Source: an uncultured Clostridia bacterium (lineage in GTDB: Bacteria; Bacillota; Clostridia; Christensenellales; UBA1242). From it: a stretch of DNA of 64,000 bases. Shown here piece after piece: positions 52,793-60,723 of the stretch (position 1 is its first letter; every line of letters starts with the position of its first letter). The translations under genes were made by a program, and so were the position numbers. The DNA is taken from the NCBI GenBank assembly GCA_934777505.1, contig CAKVNM010000001.1:92977-156976 (forward strand), written 5' to 3'. The notes beneath the pieces are model-generated. The model ran no database searches. It was not told the origin of the DNA and saw only the letters and a program-made list of their open reading frames with translations.

Positions 52793-53676
52793 TGGACAAC
52801 ACACAAGAAACAAACAAGTTAGAAACAATCACTTTGCCTAACGATAGTCAAGAAAATCAAGTAACTGCAACTGTTAAACCAGAAGCAGAAAGCGAAGCAA
52901 AGCCTGAAATTCAAAAGATTGTTGTTAGTAAAAACGACCTTTTGAAATTTGAAAACAGCAACGCATACAAAGTTTCGTTAGAAAACTTTGAAGGACCGCT
53001 TGATTTACTACTTTACCTAATCAAAGATAGCAAGGTGGAAATTGAAGATATCAAACTTGCCGAAGTAACCGACCAATATCTTGTTTATATGCAAGATTTG
53101 GACGCTATCGACATGGAAAAAGCGGCGGAATTTATCGACATTGCTGCTACTTTAATTGAAATCAAATCAAAGCATCTTTTGCCACAAGAAAACGAACAGA
53201 CAGAAGAAGTTGTTGACGATGAAAAACTACTTCTTATGCGTCTAAAAGAATACAAACTTTTCAAGGAAGCGAGCGAAAAACTCAAACTTCAAGAAAATGT
53301 TAACAGACTATACAAAAACCCAGACGAAAAAGTTAACGATTTTAGGATTGTCCTAAAACAAATGAATGTTGAAAACTTGATAAGTGCATTCACAAAACTG
53401 CTATCCAAAGAAAGTTTGGAAACGGCAATCGAAGAAACAAAAACTATCGAGCGTGACCGTTGGACAGTTGAAGAAAAAGAGTTTGAAATTAGAACACTCG
53501 TAAAGCAAAACGGCGAGTTAAAATTTAGCGATATTGTTGGCAACGACTTTACTCGTGGCGAAATTATAACCACATTTATGGCACTACTTGAAATGCTAAA
53601 AAGACAAGAAATTACTGTACTTCAAAACGAACAATTTGGAGAAATCAGTATCGGTCAAGGAGAATGTTTAGAATGA
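52792..53676 (+). CDS. scpA: Segregation and condensation protein A (with a roughly 45-aa N-terminal extension)
   Basis: FEGPLDLLLYLIK motif. Confidence 0.9.
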   Translation: MDNTQETNKLETITLPNDSQENQVTATVKPEAESEAKPEIQKIVVSKNDLLKFENSNAYKVSLENFEGPLDLLLYLIKDSKVEIEDIKLAEVTDQYLVYMQDLDAIDMEKAAEFIDIAATLIEIKSKHLLPQENEQTEEVVDDEKLLLMRLKEYKLFKEASEKLKLQENVNRLYKNPDEKVNDFRIVLKQMNVENLISAFTKLLSKESLETAIEETKTIERDRWTVEEKEFEIRTLVKQNGELKFSDIVGNDFTRGEIITTFMALLEMLKRQEITVLQNEQFGEISIGQGECLE

Positions 53677-54551
53677 AAAATTTAGATAAAATTTTGGAAG
53701 GACTACTATTTGTTTCTGGCGATGGGCTAGACAAAGGCTACATAATGGAAAAACTTTCAGTTACGGACAAGGAACTTGAAAAAGCGGTCGAAGTTTTAAA
53801 GGAAAAATATTCTGGCGAAAGTGGCATTCATTTGCTTCAATACAGAGATAAAATTCAACTTTGTTCCAACCCAGAATATGCGGACGATATTTCGGTAGTT
53901 CTAAATCCAATTAGGGAACGAAATTTGAGCCGTAGCACCTTGGAAGTTATCGCAATTATTTGCTACAAGCAACCAATCACAAGGCTAGAAATTGAAGAAA
54001 TAAGAAGGGTTAACAGCGACTACGCTATTCAAACACTTTTAAATCACAAGTTAATCGAAGTTGTTGGACGAAAAGACGCTGTTGGAAAACCACTACTTTT
54101 TGGCACAACCGATGAATTTTTAAAGAGATTTCAAATTTCAAATCTTAACGAATTGCCTGACTATGAAGATATCTTAAAACAAGTTGAAACAATCGAAAGC
54201 GACAAGAGTTTGTATAACGAATTTGAAATCAAAGACGATGACGAAGAAGAAGTTGTTATCAATGGTCAAGTTGTTAAAAACAAATCCAAAACATTGCAAG
54301 AACTCAACGGCGAACTCATCAAGGAAAGACGAGAACAAGCCAAAAAAGACGATATGCTTCTTGAAGACCTTGCTAGTAGTCAAAAGGCACTCGAATCTCT
54401 CAACAAAAAGATTACAGAAACCGTGCTAAATCCAAAGAAAGAAGAGCCTGAACAAACACTTTCAACTAGTCAAGTTGACAAGTTATTGAAGGAAAGTGAC
54501 GATATTCCAGACTTTTTAAAGACTGAGAAAAACATTGAAGTTATAAAGTAA
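53673..54551 (+). CDS. scpB: Segregation and condensation protein B (with a roughly 110-aa acidic/Lys-rich C-terminal extension)
   Basis: LEGLLFVSGDGL and LEVIAIICYKQPITRLEIEEIR motifs. ATGA overlap with scpA. Confidence 0.9.
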   Translation: MKNLDKILEGLLFVSGDGLDKGYIMEKLSVTDKELEKAVEVLKEKYSGESGIHLLQYRDKIQLCSNPEYADDISVVLNPIRERNLSRSTLEVIAIICYKQPITRLEIEEIRRVNSDYAIQTLLNHKLIEVVGRKDAVGKPLLFGTTDEFLKRFQISNLNELPDYEDILKQVETIESDKSLYNEFEIKDDDEEEVVINGQVVKNKSKTLQELNGELIKERREQAKKDDMLLEDLASSQKALESLNKKITETVLNPKKEEPEQTLSTSQVDKLLKESDDIPDFLKTEKNIEVIK

Positions 54552-54570
54552 AAGAATCAAATATTTATAA

Positions 54571-54597
54571 AGGGGAAGTTTTATACTTCCTTTTTTT
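54571..54597 (+). terminator. Rho-independent terminator after scpB
   Basis: Stem GGAAGT/ACTTCC, then T7. Confidence 0.85.
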
Positions 54598-54631
54598 ACA
54601 TATTTTTTTAAAATTGGAAAATAATAACAAT

Positions 54632-55213
54632 ATGAACTGGGGTTTATGGCTAACGCTTGCTATTGTTTTGTTTGTTATGCTCATCATTTTTATTCCAATC
54701 AACTTAAAAGCCAAGGTGTCGTATAACATCTTAAAAAACAACGGAAGCGTGCAAATCAAACTTTTCAAACTTGCCTTGATTGACGCATATTTGGTCATTC
54801 AAAAAGGCTTTGTTGAATTAAGGCAAAAGAAAAACGGAAAAGTGTTTTTATCGCCATTTATCTTTGGAGATAGCGAATTTCAAGAAACCGATATTGTTAT
54901 GATTTTGCTCAAAAAAATCTATATTGAGCATGGCACAATCTATATCAATTTTGGGCTAAAAGATGACGCTTTTATCTCCGCCATGGCTGTTGGAGTATCT
55001 AAGACAGTTACCAGCATATTTGGCGCAATTTTGAAGTCTAAAAAGCACGAAGCCCGCATAAAAAACAAGATATATCCAAGTTTTAACAAAGACAGGTTTT
55101 TGATATGTTTGAAAGCGAGTATAAAAATCAGCATTTGGCAGGTTTTACAAAGTTTGTTACAATCAAAATTTAGGAAAATAAAGAACAACAAGGAGATTAT
55201 GAAATATGAATAA
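54632..55213 (+). CDS. Membrane protein, YtfI-like (DUF2953) sporulation protein by position
   Basis: N-terminal TM helix. Lies immediately upstream of ytfJ and overlaps it. The start is uncertain (54614 or 54632). Confidence 0.5.
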   Translation: MNWGLWLTLAIVLFVMLIIFIPINLKAKVSYNILKNNGSVQIKLFKLALIDAYLVIQKGFVELRQKKNGKVFLSPFIFGDSEFQETDIVMILLKKIYIEHGTIYINFGLKDDAFISAMAVGVSKTVTSIFGAILKSKKHEARIKNKIYPSFNKDRFLICLKASIKISIWQVLQSLLQSKFRKIKNNKEIMKYE

Positions 55214-55580
55214 CACCGAGCATCCAATCAACAAAATTTTGGAAGAATCATTAAGCAAAATCAAAACAATTATTGATGTCGACACGGTTGTTGGCTCGCC
55301 ACTAACAAGTCCTGATGGTCTCACGATTATTCCAATCACAAAAGTGAGCGTTGGATTTGTTGCGGGTGGTGGCGAATATTCGCAAAATATTCCAAAGAAA
55401 AAACAAAAGGATTCATACCCTTTTGCTGGTGGTTCTGGTGCTGGATTTAATATCAATCCAATAGGATTTTTGGTGGAAAAAAACGGGGTTTTAAAACTCA
55501 TCACTGTTGACAACAAAAGTTCGTTTGAAAACTTGATGGAAATCATGTCAAATCTAACAAAAAAGATTGCTGACAAATAA
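55206..55580 (+). CDS. ytfJ: Sporulation protein YtfJ/GerW family
   Basis: VVGSPLTSPDGLTIIPITKVSVGFVAGGGEY...AGGSGAG pattern typical of YtfJ. Confidence 0.85.
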   Translation: MNNTEHPINKILEESLSKIKTIIDVDTVVGSPLTSPDGLTIIPITKVSVGFVAGGGEYSQNIPKKKQKDSYPFAGGSGAGFNINPIGFLVEKNGVLKLITVDNKSSFENLMEIMSNLTKKIADK

Positions 55581-55594
55581 CAAAAGGAGTCGTC

Positions 55595-56761
55595 ATGAAA
55601 GATAGAAAAAATATAGTCTTTGTTTTGCTTACTTTACTGCTTGCATTGATTATGCTTTCAAGCATATTTTTGCCAAAAAAATCGGTTACTGTTAATGCTA
55701 CGCAAGAGTTCAACTGCACTGCAAAAAGTATGTGCGTTATCGAGCAGTCTAGTGGCAGAGTTTTGCTGGAAAAAGACAAGGACTTAAAACTTCCAATGGC
55801 TAGCACAACAAAGGTTATGACCGCACTTGTGGCTCTTGAAAATTGCACTAACTTGGACGAGCCTTTTTTGGTGGACGACAGAGCCGTTGGAATTGAAGGT
55901 ACAAGCATATATCTTAAAAAAGGCGAAAAACTTTCCATGCGTGAACTTTTATATGGTCTAATGCTCAACTCTGGCAACGATGCTGCCATGGCAATTGGCT
56001 ATAAAATTGGCAACGGAGATATGGACGCTTTTGTGGATTTAATGAACAAAAAAGCACAAGACTTACACCTTGAAAACACTCATTTTGACAACCCACACGG
56101 CTTGGACAGCAAAACACATTATACTTCGAGTTACGACATTGCTTTAATCACAGCAAAGGCAATGGAAAATGAAGTGTTTAGGGAAATTGTAAAAACTGAT
56201 GTTAAAGAGATTTCTTGCCCAGCAGAAATGGGTCACAGATTTGTTAGAAACAAGCACAAACTCCTTAAACAAATGGACGGTTGCGAAGGTGTCAAAACGG
56301 GCTTTACGGACAACGCCAGACGCTGTTGCGTAACCAGTTGCTATCGTGACAATATGAGATTGATTTGCGTGGTCTTAAACTGCAATGATATGTTTTTGGA
56401 AAGCCAAAAATGTATTGAAAAATGCTTTAAAGATTACAAAATGACCAAGATTGTTGAACCTTACACATACATCGACCGCATACTTGTGAATGATGGCACA
56501 AGTGAAAAAGTAAAAATATATGTTAAAAACGGTTTTTCATATCCATTACTCGATAGCGAAAAAGACGATATAACAGTGGAAACAAAGTATGAAGAAAACA
56601 TTGACGCACCCGTAAAAAAAGATAGCGAAGTTGGAAATCTTAGCGTTTATCTAAAAAACCAGTTGATTTATTGTGAAAAAATCTGTACTATTGAAGATGT
56701 TAACAAAAAAGACATTAAGGATAAAATGAAAGATATTTTTGACCAATGGTATCTTGATTAA
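55595..56761 (+). CDS. dacB: D-alanyl-D-alanine carboxypeptidase (S11), DacB-like
   Basis: Signal peptide plus STTK, SGND and KTGFT motifs. Confidence 0.85.
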   Translation: MKDRKNIVFVLLTLLLALIMLSSIFLPKKSVTVNATQEFNCTAKSMCVIEQSSGRVLLEKDKDLKLPMASTTKVMTALVALENCTNLDEPFLVDDRAVGIEGTSIYLKKGEKLSMRELLYGLMLNSGNDAAMAIGYKIGNGDMDAFVDLMNKKAQDLHLENTHFDNPHGLDSKTHYTSSYDIALITAKAMENEVFREIVKTDVKEISCPAEMGHRFVRNKHKLLKQMDGCEGVKTGFTDNARRCCVTSCYRDNMRLICVVLNCNDMFLESQKCIEKCFKDYKMTKIVEPYTYIDRILVNDGTSEKVKIYVKNGFSYPLLDSEKDDITVETKYEENIDAPVKKDSEVGNLSVYLKNQLIYCEKICTIEDVNKKDIKDKMKDIFDQWYLD

Positions 56762-56768
56762 GGAAAGT

Positions 56769-57473
56769 ATGAGAATTAACAAGTATTTAGCCATTTGCGG
56801 AGTGGCTAGCAGACGAAAAGCGGAAGAATTTGTGACTGGTGGGCTTGTAAAAGTCAACGACCAAATTTGCACAAACCTTGCAACCGATATTTTGGAAACG
56901 GACAAGGTGGAACTAAAAGGAAAAATTGTAAAACCATGCGAAAATTTTGAATACTATATGCTCAACAAACCAAAAGGCTATGTTAGTTCCGTTATGGACG
57001 ACAGGGGCAGAAAAACAGTTGTTTCGCTCATAAACACAAACGCCCGAATTTTCCCTGTTGGCAGACTGGACTACGACAGCGAAGGCTTGCTATTACTGAC
57101 CAACGATGGCGATTTAACCAACATTTTGACGCACCCAAAACACGAAATTAACAAAACATATATTGTTAAAATTGAAGGCGATATCTCGCTTGGCGAAATT
57201 GCTTTGCTTGAAAAGGGTGTTACAATTGACGGCAATGTTAAACTTAGCGGAGCAAAAGTGCAAATTCTAAGCCACGAAGACAATCAAACAAAACTCAGCG
57301 TTGTTATTCACGAAGGCAAAAATCGAGAAATTAGAAAGATGTTTGAAGTTGTCGGCAAGCAAGTAATATTTTTAAAACGCACGCAAATTGCAAACCTAAA
57401 AATGACAGGTTTAAAACGGGGCGAATATCGCAAACTAACGCAAAATGAAATTGACTATTTAAAATCGTTATAA
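56769..57473 (+). CDS. rluB: Pseudouridine synthase RluB family (S4 domain + RsuA/RluB catalytic domain)
   Basis: MRINKYLAICGVASRRKAEE and GRLDYDSEGLLLLTNDG motifs. Confidence 0.9.
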   Translation: MRINKYLAICGVASRRKAEEFVTGGLVKVNDQICTNLATDILETDKVELKGKIVKPCENFEYYMLNKPKGYVSSVMDDRGRKTVVSLINTNARIFPVGRLDYDSEGLLLLTNDGDLTNILTHPKHEINKTYIVKIEGDISLGEIALLEKGVTIDGNVKLSGAKVQILSHEDNQTKLSVVIHEGKNREIRKMFEVVGKQVIFLKRTQIANLKMTGLKRGEYRKLTQNEIDYLKSL

Positions 57474-57502
57474 AAAAACTTGGAATTGATTCCAAGTTTT
57501 TT
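57472..57502. terminator. Bidirectional terminator between convergent rluB and lexA
   Basis: A7-ACTTGGAAT...ATTCCAAGT-T6. Confidence 0.9.
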
Positions 57503-57520
57503 GTTACTAATACTTAAATT

Positions 57521-58144
57521 TTATCTCATTTTTCTAATAAGTCCAACAACTTTGCCTAGGATTATAACCGAGTTGGTGTAGATAGGACTCATGTTGTCGT
57601 TTTCTGGTTGAAGTCTAAATCTTCCAGTTTCTCTATAAAATCTCTTAACCGTTGCGTGATAGTCAATCATAGCCACAACAATCTCGCCGTTTTCGGCAGT
57701 TGCTTGCTTGTGAACAACAATATAGTCGCCCGAATTAATGCCCGCATTTATCATACTTTCGCCTTCGGCTTGAAGCATGAAAAGGTCTTGCGAATTGAAC
57801 ATATTTTCTGGAAAGGTGTAGATACTTTCATAGTTTTCGACAGCCAAAATAGGTGTACCGCAAGTTACAGTACCAACAAGTGGTATTTGAATCATACGCT
57901 GACTTTCGGCTTCCTTGGCCTTTTTTAGTTCGGTTAGTTCAAACGCTCTTGCTTTGCTGGTTTCGCCTTTTTTAATAACGCCACGCTTTTGCAAAATATC
58001 AAGGTAATAACTAATAGTCGAAGTGCTTTTTATGCCCAAAAAGTTTGCCATTTCTCTAACACTTGGAAGATAGTTGTTGTCGTTTGAATACTCGCACAAG
58101 TAATCTGTCAATCTTTCCAAATTTCTTTCAATTTTTTTCATCAA
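57521..58144 (-). CDS. lexA: LexA repressor
   Basis: wHTH N-terminus, cleavage-site region, and an S24 peptidase domain (GESM...VKRF). Confidence 0.95.
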   Translation of the reverse strand: MMKKIERNLERLTDYLCEYSNDNNYLPSVREMANFLGIKSTSTISYYLDILQKRGVIKKGETSKARAFELTELKKAKEAESQRMIQIPLVGTVTCGTPILAVENYESIYTFPENMFNSQDLFMLQAEGESMINAGINSGDYIVVHKQATAENGEIVVAMIDYHATVKRFYRETGRFRLQPENDNMSPIYTNSVIILGKVVGLIRKMR

Positions 58145-58174
58145 TCAACTCCAAAATAATGTTTTATATGTATA

Positions 58175-58214
58175 ACTATATCACACAAAAATCATCTTGT
58201 CAAACATTTGTTCT
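58175..58214 (-). promoter_or_regulatory. lexA promoter with an overlapping LexA (Cheo-type) box
   Basis: The minus strand reads AGAACAAATGTTTGACA, 17 nt, TATAGT. The box occupies 58201-58214. Confidence 0.65.
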
Positions 58215-58221
58215 AAATTTT

Positions 58222-59265
58222 TTATTTATCTCTAAGTTTAACTTTTGTTGACGCCTGTCTGCGAATATCATCACTGATTTGAGCGTAGTACTTTTTGGTC
58301 GTGTTGACATCTTTATGACCAAGAACGCTTGCAACAACATAGATATCTCCGGTTTCTCTGTAAAGATTTGTGCCATAAGTAGAACGAAGTTTATGCGGAG
58401 TAATTTTTTTGAGTGGAATCACGCCACTTGTATATTTTTTAACCAATTTTTCAACGGCCCGTGTTGTAATTCGCTTTTTTTGCATGGAAAGGAAAAAAGC
58501 AGTTTCATTTTCGCTCGCAATCGCATTTCTAACATTAAGATAGTCAAGCAAAGCGTCCTTAACTTCGTTGGAAAAATACAAAATCACACGACTTCCACCT
58601 TTGCGGGTGATAGTGAACGCATTTTGGTCAAAATCAATATCTTTCACATCAATTCCCACAAGTTCGCTAATACGAATGCCTGTGCCTAAAAATAGGCTCA
58701 TAATAGCAAAATCTCTGGCTTCGTTAACCTTGTGATATTTCTTTTCACTAGGGGAGAGATTATCGCCATTTTCGACCGCATCAAGCAGTTTTACAACTTC
58801 TTCGGGTTCAAGTTTTATGATTTCCTTTTCTCTTAGTTTTGGACTGTCTAGTTTGTCGCCAATATTTTGCTCAATTTTGCCTTTACGATAAAAATATCTT
58901 AGCATTGTTTTAACGCTGGAAAACTTACGAGCCTTGGTCTTGGTGCTGTTAACATAAATTTTATCGTTGTTTTCGTAGGAACTAAGATATGACATATATT
59001 TTTCAATGTGAGTTTCGGTCACACGATTTAAATCCGCAAAAGTAAGTTCCTGCGGAGTTTTGCTAGAAAAAGAGTAGATTTGAGTGGTCAAAAAAGTGAA
59101 AAATCGCTTCAAATCTTGGGCATATCCAAGACGAGTTAGCGGAGTTGTTCTGGACTCAATTCCAAGAAAAAACTCTTCGCAAAAAATTGGGAGTTCCTTT
59201 AAAATTTCTCTTATTTGTTGTTCGTTTTTTACATTTCGTTGTTGAAAATAATCTAATTTTTCCAT
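58222..59265 (-). CDS. Tyrosine recombinase, XerS/XerC-like
   Basis: Catalytic pattern GTGIRISEL (R), HKLRST (H-x-x-R), LGH and KYY (Tyr). The SAM-like N-terminal domain resembles single-recombinase Xer proteins. Confidence 0.85.
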   Translation of the reverse strand: MEKLDYFQQRNVKNEQQIREILKELPIFCEEFFLGIESRTTPLTRLGYAQDLKRFFTFLTTQIYSFSSKTPQELTFADLNRVTETHIEKYMSYLSSYENNDKIYVNSTKTKARKFSSVKTMLRYFYRKGKIEQNIGDKLDSPKLREKEIIKLEPEEVVKLLDAVENGDNLSPSEKKYHKVNEARDFAIMSLFLGTGIRISELVGIDVKDIDFDQNAFTITRKGGSRVILYFSNEVKDALLDYLNVRNAIASENETAFFLSMQKKRITTRAVEKLVKKYTSGVIPLKKITPHKLRSTYGTNLYRETGDIYVVASVLGHKDVNTTKKYYAQISDDIRRQASTKVKLRDK

Positions 59266-59300
59266 ACAAGTATTTTATCAAATTTTATAGTAAATTTCAA
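59266..59300 (-). promoter_or_regulatory. Promoter giving a leaderless recombinase mRNA
   Basis: The minus strand reads TTGAAA (59300-59295), 17 nt, TAAAAT (59277-59272), 6 nt, then ATG at 59265. No SD. Confidence 0.5.
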
Positions 59301-59317
59301 GTATTTTGCGAATAGTT
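59301..59317. repeat. Partial dif-like site: 17-bp copy GTATTTTGCGAATAGTT
   Basis: Identical to 60385-60401. It abuts the -35 of the recombinase promoter. Confidence 0.85.
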
Positions 59318-59343
59318 AAAAATATTTTTTAAACCCGTTTTGT

Positions 59344-59378
59344 TTGGTTATATTTGTAATATGATATATAATAAAAGT
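59344..59378 (+). promoter_or_regulatory. Promoter giving a leaderless mRNA for the 305-aa gene
   Basis: TTGGTT, 17 nt, TATAAT (59367-59372), 6 nt, then ATG at 59379. Confidence 0.5.
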
Positions 59379-60293
59379 ATGAACGAAGAAAAATTAAATC
59401 TTGTGCTAGATATTTTAAACGAAAAAACTCAGCAAAATTTTACTATTCAAAAAAACGCTTATGAGTCACTTTATGAAAACTTGCAAGCAATTATTGACAC
59501 TAATTTTGTTGATGTTCAAAACAAACTTTTTGTGTTGCCATGCGGAGATTATTTTACGCACACATTTTACGACAATTCGATTGTTGATTTTTATGTGATA
59601 TTCAAAACAAACAAAGACGAAATCGACTTTTCGATAGTTGACCAAAAAATCACAAAAAAGGGCAAAAAGGCTAATACTTATAGCCAGATTATGAACAGAC
59701 CTATGGTTTCAGGCTCTTTGCAAGCCGAAGATATCGCAAAAAGGCTTAGTGACCAAATTTTAGGTACTATAAAAACCTTGTCGATATTCCAAAAACGCAA
59801 CCAAATTATGCTAAGACTCAATGGCGATGTTATTGCCAGAATAACCGTTTGTTACGATTTTAGCGAGCCAAACGGCGAACTAACTTGCCGAAATGTTAAC
59901 ATTTGGAAGCAAATCAATCCCGTAAAATATCTTGAAAAAATCGACAAAAAACGCCTTGAAACCGACAATAATTTTGAACTTATTGCAAGACTTTTCAAAG
60001 CGCTCGAAATGGAACTTGTTTTAAACCAAGAATCGAACATTATCATTGGCAAAAATTACTTTGTTGAAAACTTGCTTTTTAATGTTCCAAGTGAACTTTT
60101 TAAAAGCGATTCTGTATACAACACGATATACAAAATTTTGGCATTTTTAAGGTTAAAAGATTACAAAACATTTAGATTGATTGACGAAACCGATTTTATG
60201 TATAAACAAGATTTTTACTCAAAGAACTATGCAAAGCAATTTATTAATAAAATTGAATATGCGTTAGAAAATCTTGACGAATTATTAAAGTAA
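59379..60293 (+). CDS. Hypothetical protein with a nucleotidyltransferase-like (SMODS/CD-NTase-like) pattern and a degenerate catalytic motif
   Basis: PCGDYFTHTFYDNSIVDFYV resembles G[GS]-x10-D-x-D with the first Asp missing. C-terminal YFVENLLFNVPSELF resembles the helical-domain motif of this fold. Family recognition is by eye only. Confidence 0.55.
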   Translation: MNEEKLNLVLDILNEKTQQNFTIQKNAYESLYENLQAIIDTNFVDVQNKLFVLPCGDYFTHTFYDNSIVDFYVIFKTNKDEIDFSIVDQKITKKGKKANTYSQIMNRPMVSGSLQAEDIAKRLSDQILGTIKTLSIFQKRNQIMLRLNGDVIARITVCYDFSEPNGELTCRNVNIWKQINPVKYLEKIDKKRLETDNNFELIARLFKALEMELVLNQESNIIIGKNYFVENLLFNVPSELFKSDSVYNTIYKILAFLRLKDYKTFRLIDETDFMYKQDFYSKNYAKQFINKIEYALENLDELLK

Positions 60294-60371
60294 AAAATCC
60301 AATTCAAATTTTATGCAAAATTATGAAAATTTATAAACATTCGACTTTTCAGGCATTTTCTGTGGGTACAA

Positions 60372-60397
60372 ATTCGTAAAATCTGTATTTTGCGAAT
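60372..60397. other. Palindromic dif-like recombinase core site ATTCGTAAAA-TCTGTA-TTTTGCGAAT
   Basis: 10-bp inverted arms (9/10 match) around a 6-bp centre. The right half plus 4 flanking bp is repeated at 59301-59317. Confidence 0.6.
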
Positions 60398-60441
60398 AGT
60401 TGTAGATACTCAAAATGCATAGTTTTTAATCTACTCCACAC

Positions 60442-60483
60442 AAAAAAAGATAGTATCAGGTTTTCCGTTGCTATCTTTTTTTT
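60442..60483. terminator. Terminator hairpin flanked by A7 and T7
   Basis: Stem AGATAG...CTATCT, extendable with wobble pairs. T7 on the 3' side. Confidence 0.7.
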
Positions 60484-60640
60484 ATTAAATTAAGTAACTG
60501 GCTGACTGGTAGGTAAGTTCACAAAAATTGGTTATAAAATTCAATCTAGTGTTCAACGGAATTAAGAACCAACTTGTTTTGTTATTATATTGATTTTATT
60601 GCGTCAACATAAGGTTTTATGCTTAAAAAGGTTAAGAGTA

Positions 60641-60723
60641 CGCCCCACGCTACTCGCTCCCAATCTCACCCGTTCCACTCGTTTCTACCCCAAATTCACT
60701 CTTTTCTGCCCCGAAAAATGGGC
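60641..60723. repeat. C-rich (G-rich on the minus strand) degenerate tandem repeat
   Basis: Units TTCCACTCGTTTCTACCCCAAA and TTCACTCTTTTCTGCCCCGAAAA plus a more degenerate unit upstream. The composition stands out in an AT-rich window. Confidence 0.7.

Noticed and set aside
60641-60723. G-quadruplex or TRAP-like (G/U)AG repeat interpretation of the G-rich minus strand
   Set aside because: The G-tracts are separated by 9-15 nt loops, far longer than canonical G4 loops. The GAG/TAG triplets have irregular spacing (0-11 nt), unlike TRAP sites.
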